Both the position numbers and the translations under genes were made by a program. Shown here in pieces: positions 14,269 to 17,779 of a stretch of DNA of 17,779 nt. The stretch comes from a virus: the UHGV virus genome UHGV-0008758; one strand, written 5' to 3'. Numbering within the stretch: position 1 is the stretch's first letter; each line of letters opens with the position of its first letter. The notes under the pieces were generated by a model. That model saw nothing but the letters and a program-made list of their open reading frames with translations, did not search any database and was not told where the DNA came from.

Positions 14269-16954
14269 TAATAACCTGCGACTGCAGGTAGTTCTGGGGG
14301 CGGTGGATAAGTTAACCCGCCCATTTAAAAATGCACAGGCTGGCTCTAAGGAGCTGGCATCAGCTATTCGACAAACCCGCGATCAGATTAAAAAGCTGAG
14401 TGATGCTGGAGGTCAGCTTAAATCTTTCGATCAGCTAACTCAAAGTGTTAGCCGTACTGGTGCCGAACTGGATCAGGCGAGGCTACGCGCTCAAATGATG
14501 ACGCGCGAAATGTCTTCTTTGGAATCCCCGACAAAAAAACAAACGCAGGCGCTTGAAGCTCAGTGGCGTGCTGTTTCACGTCTTGAACAAAAACAGCAAC
14601 AGGAAACTCGCCAGATGGCGGCAGCCAGGGCTGAGCTTTATCGGCTGGGGTTATCTGCTGGGGGCGGAGCGCGTGAGACGGCACGGATTGCACAAGAAAC
14701 TGAGCGGTATAACCGACAGTTGGCTGAGCAGGAGCGCAGGCTGCGTGAAGTTGGCGAGCGTCAGCGAAAGCTCAACGCCATCAAAGCCAAGGCTGAAAAG
14801 ACCCGCGAGTTAAGGAACTCTCTGGCAGGTAATGGTGCAGGGGCGATGGCGGCTGGGGTAACTACTGGCATGACGTTGCTGGCTCCAGTAAAAGCCTATT
14901 CAGAATCAGAAAATGCAGCGAATCAGCTCGCCGGTTCAATGATGGGGCCGGGCGGAAAGGTAGCGCCTGAATTTGAAAAAATTAACCGGCTTGCAGTTGC
15001 TTTGGGCGATAAGCTGCCGGGAACAACAGCCGACTTTCAGAACATGATGACTATGCTACGCCGTCAGGGTATGTCGGCGCAGGTCATCCTGGGCGGCTTG
15101 GGAGAGTCAGCAGCTTATCTTGGCGTGCAGTTACAGATGGCTCCCACTGCAGCAGCTGAGTTTGCGGCTAAGTTACAAGATGCTACCCAGACCTCCGAAA
15201 AAGACATGATGAATCTGATGGACGTGATCCAGAAAGGATTCTACGCAGGGGTAGATTCAGGAAATATGCTGCAGGGGTTCTCAAAAATCAGCAGTGCGAT
15301 GGATATTATTCATAAAAAGGGATTGGACGCGGCTAAGACATTTGCTCCTCTATTAGTTATGGCTGATCAGGCTGGTATGGCTGGAGAGTCAGCTGGTAAT
15401 GCCTACCGAAAAGTATTTCAGTCCGTCATGAATACGGAAAAAGTGAAGGATGCTAATGATGAACTAAAAGGCACCGGTGTTAAGTTCGATTTTACGGATG
15501 GCAAGGGGGAGTTTGGCGGGCTGGAGAAAATGTACACGCAGTTAGCTCAACTCCAAAAGCTTAATACTGAGAAAAGGTTAGCTACTCTAAAAGGTATTTT
15601 TGGGGATGATGCGGAAACGCTGCAGGTGCTAAATATTATGATTACCAAAGGCATCTCAGGGTATCGAGAAACGGCTTCAAAGCTACAAAATCAGGCTTCT
15701 CTGCGCGAGCGTGTTGATGCCTCCTTGAATACTCTTGGTAATAAATGGGAAGCCGCTACAGGTTCCTTTACCAATGCTATGGCTAGTATCGGTGAAACAG
15801 TCGCCCCTGCATTAAAGAAGCTGGCAGCTGGCTTTGCGATTGTTGCTACCGCCGTTGGGGTTGTTTCACTGGCGCTGGCGTCCGTGTTAGGACCGATGGC
15901 AGTAGTGCGAATGAGCGCAGGGGTGATGGGGCTAAAATTTTCATCTGCATTTGGTCTTATTGGGAAAGCAATCAGTTCTGTTGGCAAGTCAGTTATATGG
16001 CTGGGCCGATTGATGTTTGCAAATCCTATACTGGCTGTCATTGGGTTGATCGCCGCTGGTGCTATTTATATCTGGCAGAATTGGGACACGCTTGGGCCAA
16101 AGTTCAAGGCCATGTGGGATGCCGTATGTAATGCCACAGGTACGGCATGGGATTGGATTAAAGAAAAGGCCAGCGCCGCATGGGAGGGGATTAAATCACT
16201 GTTCTTTAATTATACCTTGCCGGGATTAATAGCTAAAAATTGGGATGCAATAAAATCTGGCGTTTCTGAGGCGTGGGCTAATATCAGGCAATCTATTAGT
16301 GATAAATGGAATTCGATCTTGGCTGATGTTGCCGCGCTTCCTGCGAAGTTTCAGGACATGGGCAGCGCCATTATTGACAGTATTCTTAATGGAATTAATG
16401 CCAAATGGGAGACACTAAAAAGCAAGCTTTCCTCAGTCACCGATTATCTGCCTGACTGGATGACCGGAAATAATAAAACACAAGGCAAAGCACAGGTGCA
16501 GGTGGTTGGTGGAGCAGCGGCTGCTGCGGTTCCGTTTGCTGGCATGTATGACAGCGGTGGCACGATCCCGCGTGGTCAGTTTGGCATCGTTGGGGAGAAC
16601 GGCCCCGAAATAGTGAACGGTCCCGCAAATGTGACCAGCAGACGGCGCACTGCTGCGCTGGCTTCCGTCGTTGCAGGCGTTATGGGCGTAGCGGCAGCGC
16701 CTGCAGAGGCTGCTCCACTACATCCTTACAGTCTGCCTACTGTGGCATATAAACAAAGCCAGCCAGCGAAATCAGCCAGCGCGCCGCCTGTGATGCACTT
16801 TGAAACTCACGCGCCGATCACTATCTATGCTCAGCCAGGGCAAAGTGCGCAGGATATTGCCCGTGAAGTGGCGCGGCAGCTCGACGAGCGTGAACGCAGG
16901 GCCAGGGCTAAAGCACGCAGTAATTTCAGCGATCAAGGGGGATATGAATCATGA
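14261..16954 (+). CDS. T: tail tape measure protein GpT
   Basis: About 897 aa from ATG 14261 (MSDNNLRLQ...); coiled-coil N-terminal third, Gly/Ala-rich hydrophobic segments near the C-terminal third; position after E/E'. The track start at 14213 is an upstream extension. Confidence 0.9.
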   Translation: MSDNNLRLQVVLGAVDKLTRPFKNAQAGSKELASAIRQTRDQIKKLSDAGGQLKSFDQLTQSVSRTGAELDQARLRAQMMTREMSSLESPTKKQTQALEAQWRAVSRLEQKQQQETRQMAAARAELYRLGLSAGGGARETARIAQETERYNRQLAEQERRLREVGERQRKLNAIKAKAEKTRELRNSLAGNGAGAMAAGVTTGMTLLAPVKAYSESENAANQLAGSMMGPGGKVAPEFEKINRLAVALGDKLPGTTADFQNMMTMLRRQGMSAQVILGGLGESAAYLGVQLQMAPTAAAEFAAKLQDATQTSEKDMMNLMDVIQKGFYAGVDSGNMLQGFSKISSAMDIIHKKGLDAAKTFAPLLVMADQAGMAGESAGNAYRKVFQSVMNTEKVKDANDELKGTGVKFDFTDGKGEFGGLEKMYTQLAQLQKLNTEKRLATLKGIFGDDAETLQVLNIMITKGISGYRETASKLQNQASLRERVDASLNTLGNKWEAATGSFTNAMASIGETVAPALKKLAAGFAIVATAVGVVSLALASVLGPMAVVRMSAGVMGLKFSSAFGLIGKAISSVGKSVIWLGRLMFANPILAVIGLIAAGAIYIWQNWDTLGPKFKAMWDAVCNATGTAWDWIKEKASAAWEGIKSLFFNYTLPGLIAKNWDAIKSGVSEAWANIRQSISDKWNSILADVAALPAKFQDMGSAIIDSILNGINAKWETLKSKLSSVTDYLPDWMTGNNKTQGKAQVQVVGGAAAAAVPFAGMYDSGGTIPRGQFGIVGENGPEIVNGPANVTSRRRTAALASVVAGVMGVAAAPAEAAPLHPYSLPTVAYKQSQPAKSASAPPVMHFETHAPITIYAQPGQSAQDIAREVARQLDERERRARAKARSNFSDQGGYES

Positions 16955-17436
16955 TGATGGTGCTGGGGTTATATGTCTTCATGTTGCGTACAGTGCCATA
17001 TCAGGAGCTGCAGTATCAGCGCAGCTGGCGACACGCTGCGAACAACCGGGTGAACCGTCGTCCGTCAACGCAGTTCCTTGGGCCGGATAATGACTCGCTC
17101 ACGTTATCTGGCGTACTGCTGCCGGAAGTCACCGGCGGCAGGCTGTCATTGCTGGCGCTAGAGTTGATGGCGGAGCAGGGAAAAGCCTGGCCTCTGATTG
17201 AAGGAAGTGGAACCATTTACGGTATGTTTGTGATTGAAAGTCTGAGCCAGACCAAAACGGAGTTTTTTGCAAGCGGCATGCCTCGACGCATTGAGTTTAC
17301 GATTACCCTCAAACGGGTTGATGAGTCGCTGTCTGACTTGTTCGGGAGCCTGAGTGACCAGCTGAGCAACCTGCAGGATTCTGCAGCCTCTGCAGTTGGG
17401 GGAATTAAAAACACAGTTGGAGGATTGCTGCAGTGA
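16951..17436 (+). CDS. U: tail protein GpU
   Basis: 161 aa with ATGA overlap with the T stop; P2 gpU is about 159 aa. Confidence 0.85.
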   Translation: MMMVLGLYVFMLRTVPYQELQYQRSWRHAANNRVNRRPSTQFLGPDNDSLTLSGVLLPEVTGGRLSLLALELMAEQGKAWPLIEGSGTIYGMFVIESLSQTKTEFFASGMPRRIEFTITLKRVDESLSDLFGSLSDQLSNLQDSAASAVGGIKNTVGGLLQ

Positions 17437-17779
17437 ATTTTAATTCTGATCTCCTGAACCTTAACAGCAAAAGCCCGGCTTTCAGTATCACCATTGAAGG
17501 TAAGGACGTGACTGCCGCGCTGGATGCGCGTCTGATGAGTCTGACGCTCACCGATAACCGGGGTTTTGAAGCGGACCAGCTTGATCTGGAGCTGGACGAC
17601 GCCGACGGGCAGATCGTTCTGCCGCGACGTGGTGCCGTTATTCAGCTGGCGCTGGGATGGAAGGGCCAGCCGCTTTTCCCAAAAGGGGCCTTTACCGTGG
17701 ATGAGATTGAACACACTGGCGCACCGGACCGCCTGACTATCCGGGCGCGAAGTGCTGATTTTCGTGAAACGCTGAATAC
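17433..17779 (+). CDS. D: tail protein GpD (late control D family), N-terminal part, runs off the window end
   Basis: GTG 17433 overlaps the U stop (GTGA) with GGAGG 8 nt upstream; open to the window end (VNFNSDLLNLNSKSPAFSITIEGKDV...); not in the ORF track because it has no stop inside the window. Confidence 0.8.
   Translation, partial: MNFNSDLLNLNSKSPAFSITIEGKDVTAALDARLMSLTLTDNRGFEADQLDLELDDADGQIVLPRRGAVIQLALGWKGQPLFPKGAFTVDEIEHTGAPDRLTIRARSADFRETLN

Noticed and set aside
17217-17714. 165-aa minus-strand ORF
   Set aside because: Antisense to U and D, which are syntenic and overlapping in the expected way; spurious.
1-17779. CRISPR arrays, tRNA or rRNA genes, integrase or attachment sites
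   Set aside because: No direct-repeat/spacer periodicity, no tRNA-like conserved stems and no tyrosine integrase were seen; the window is internal to the prophage late region.

Overview
This window is the late (morphogenesis and lysis) region of a P2-like temperate phage or prophage, read almost entirely on the + strand, with an accessory island inserted between the tail-fibre genes and the sheath gene. Gene order is O (3' end), N, M, L, X, a lysis cassette (71-aa two-TM holin, P1-Lyz-like SAR endolysin, LysA, overlapping spanins LysB/LysC), R, S, a late-promoter box, V, W, J, I, H, G, then the island, then a second late-promoter box, FI, FII, E/E' (programmed -1 frameshift), T, U and the 5' end of D. 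The island (about 8.7-11.9 kb) holds a Mu G-segment-like invertible tail-fibre cassette: I mapped candidate crossover sites at 8725-8750 (inside H) and 10612-10637, and inversion would fuse the H constant region in frame to a silent alternative fibre tip with its own assembly chaperone. Beyond the right site sit a perfect 26-bp palindrome, an AT-rich orphan 140-aa gene on the minus strand that I cannot assign to any family, and a Hin/Gin-family serine invertase. The orphan gene is the best candidate for something undescribed, occupying the position of the Z/fun accessory locus in P2. All calls rest on reading the sequence and recalled family features; no database search was run. No tRNA, rRNA, CRISPR array or attachment site was seen.
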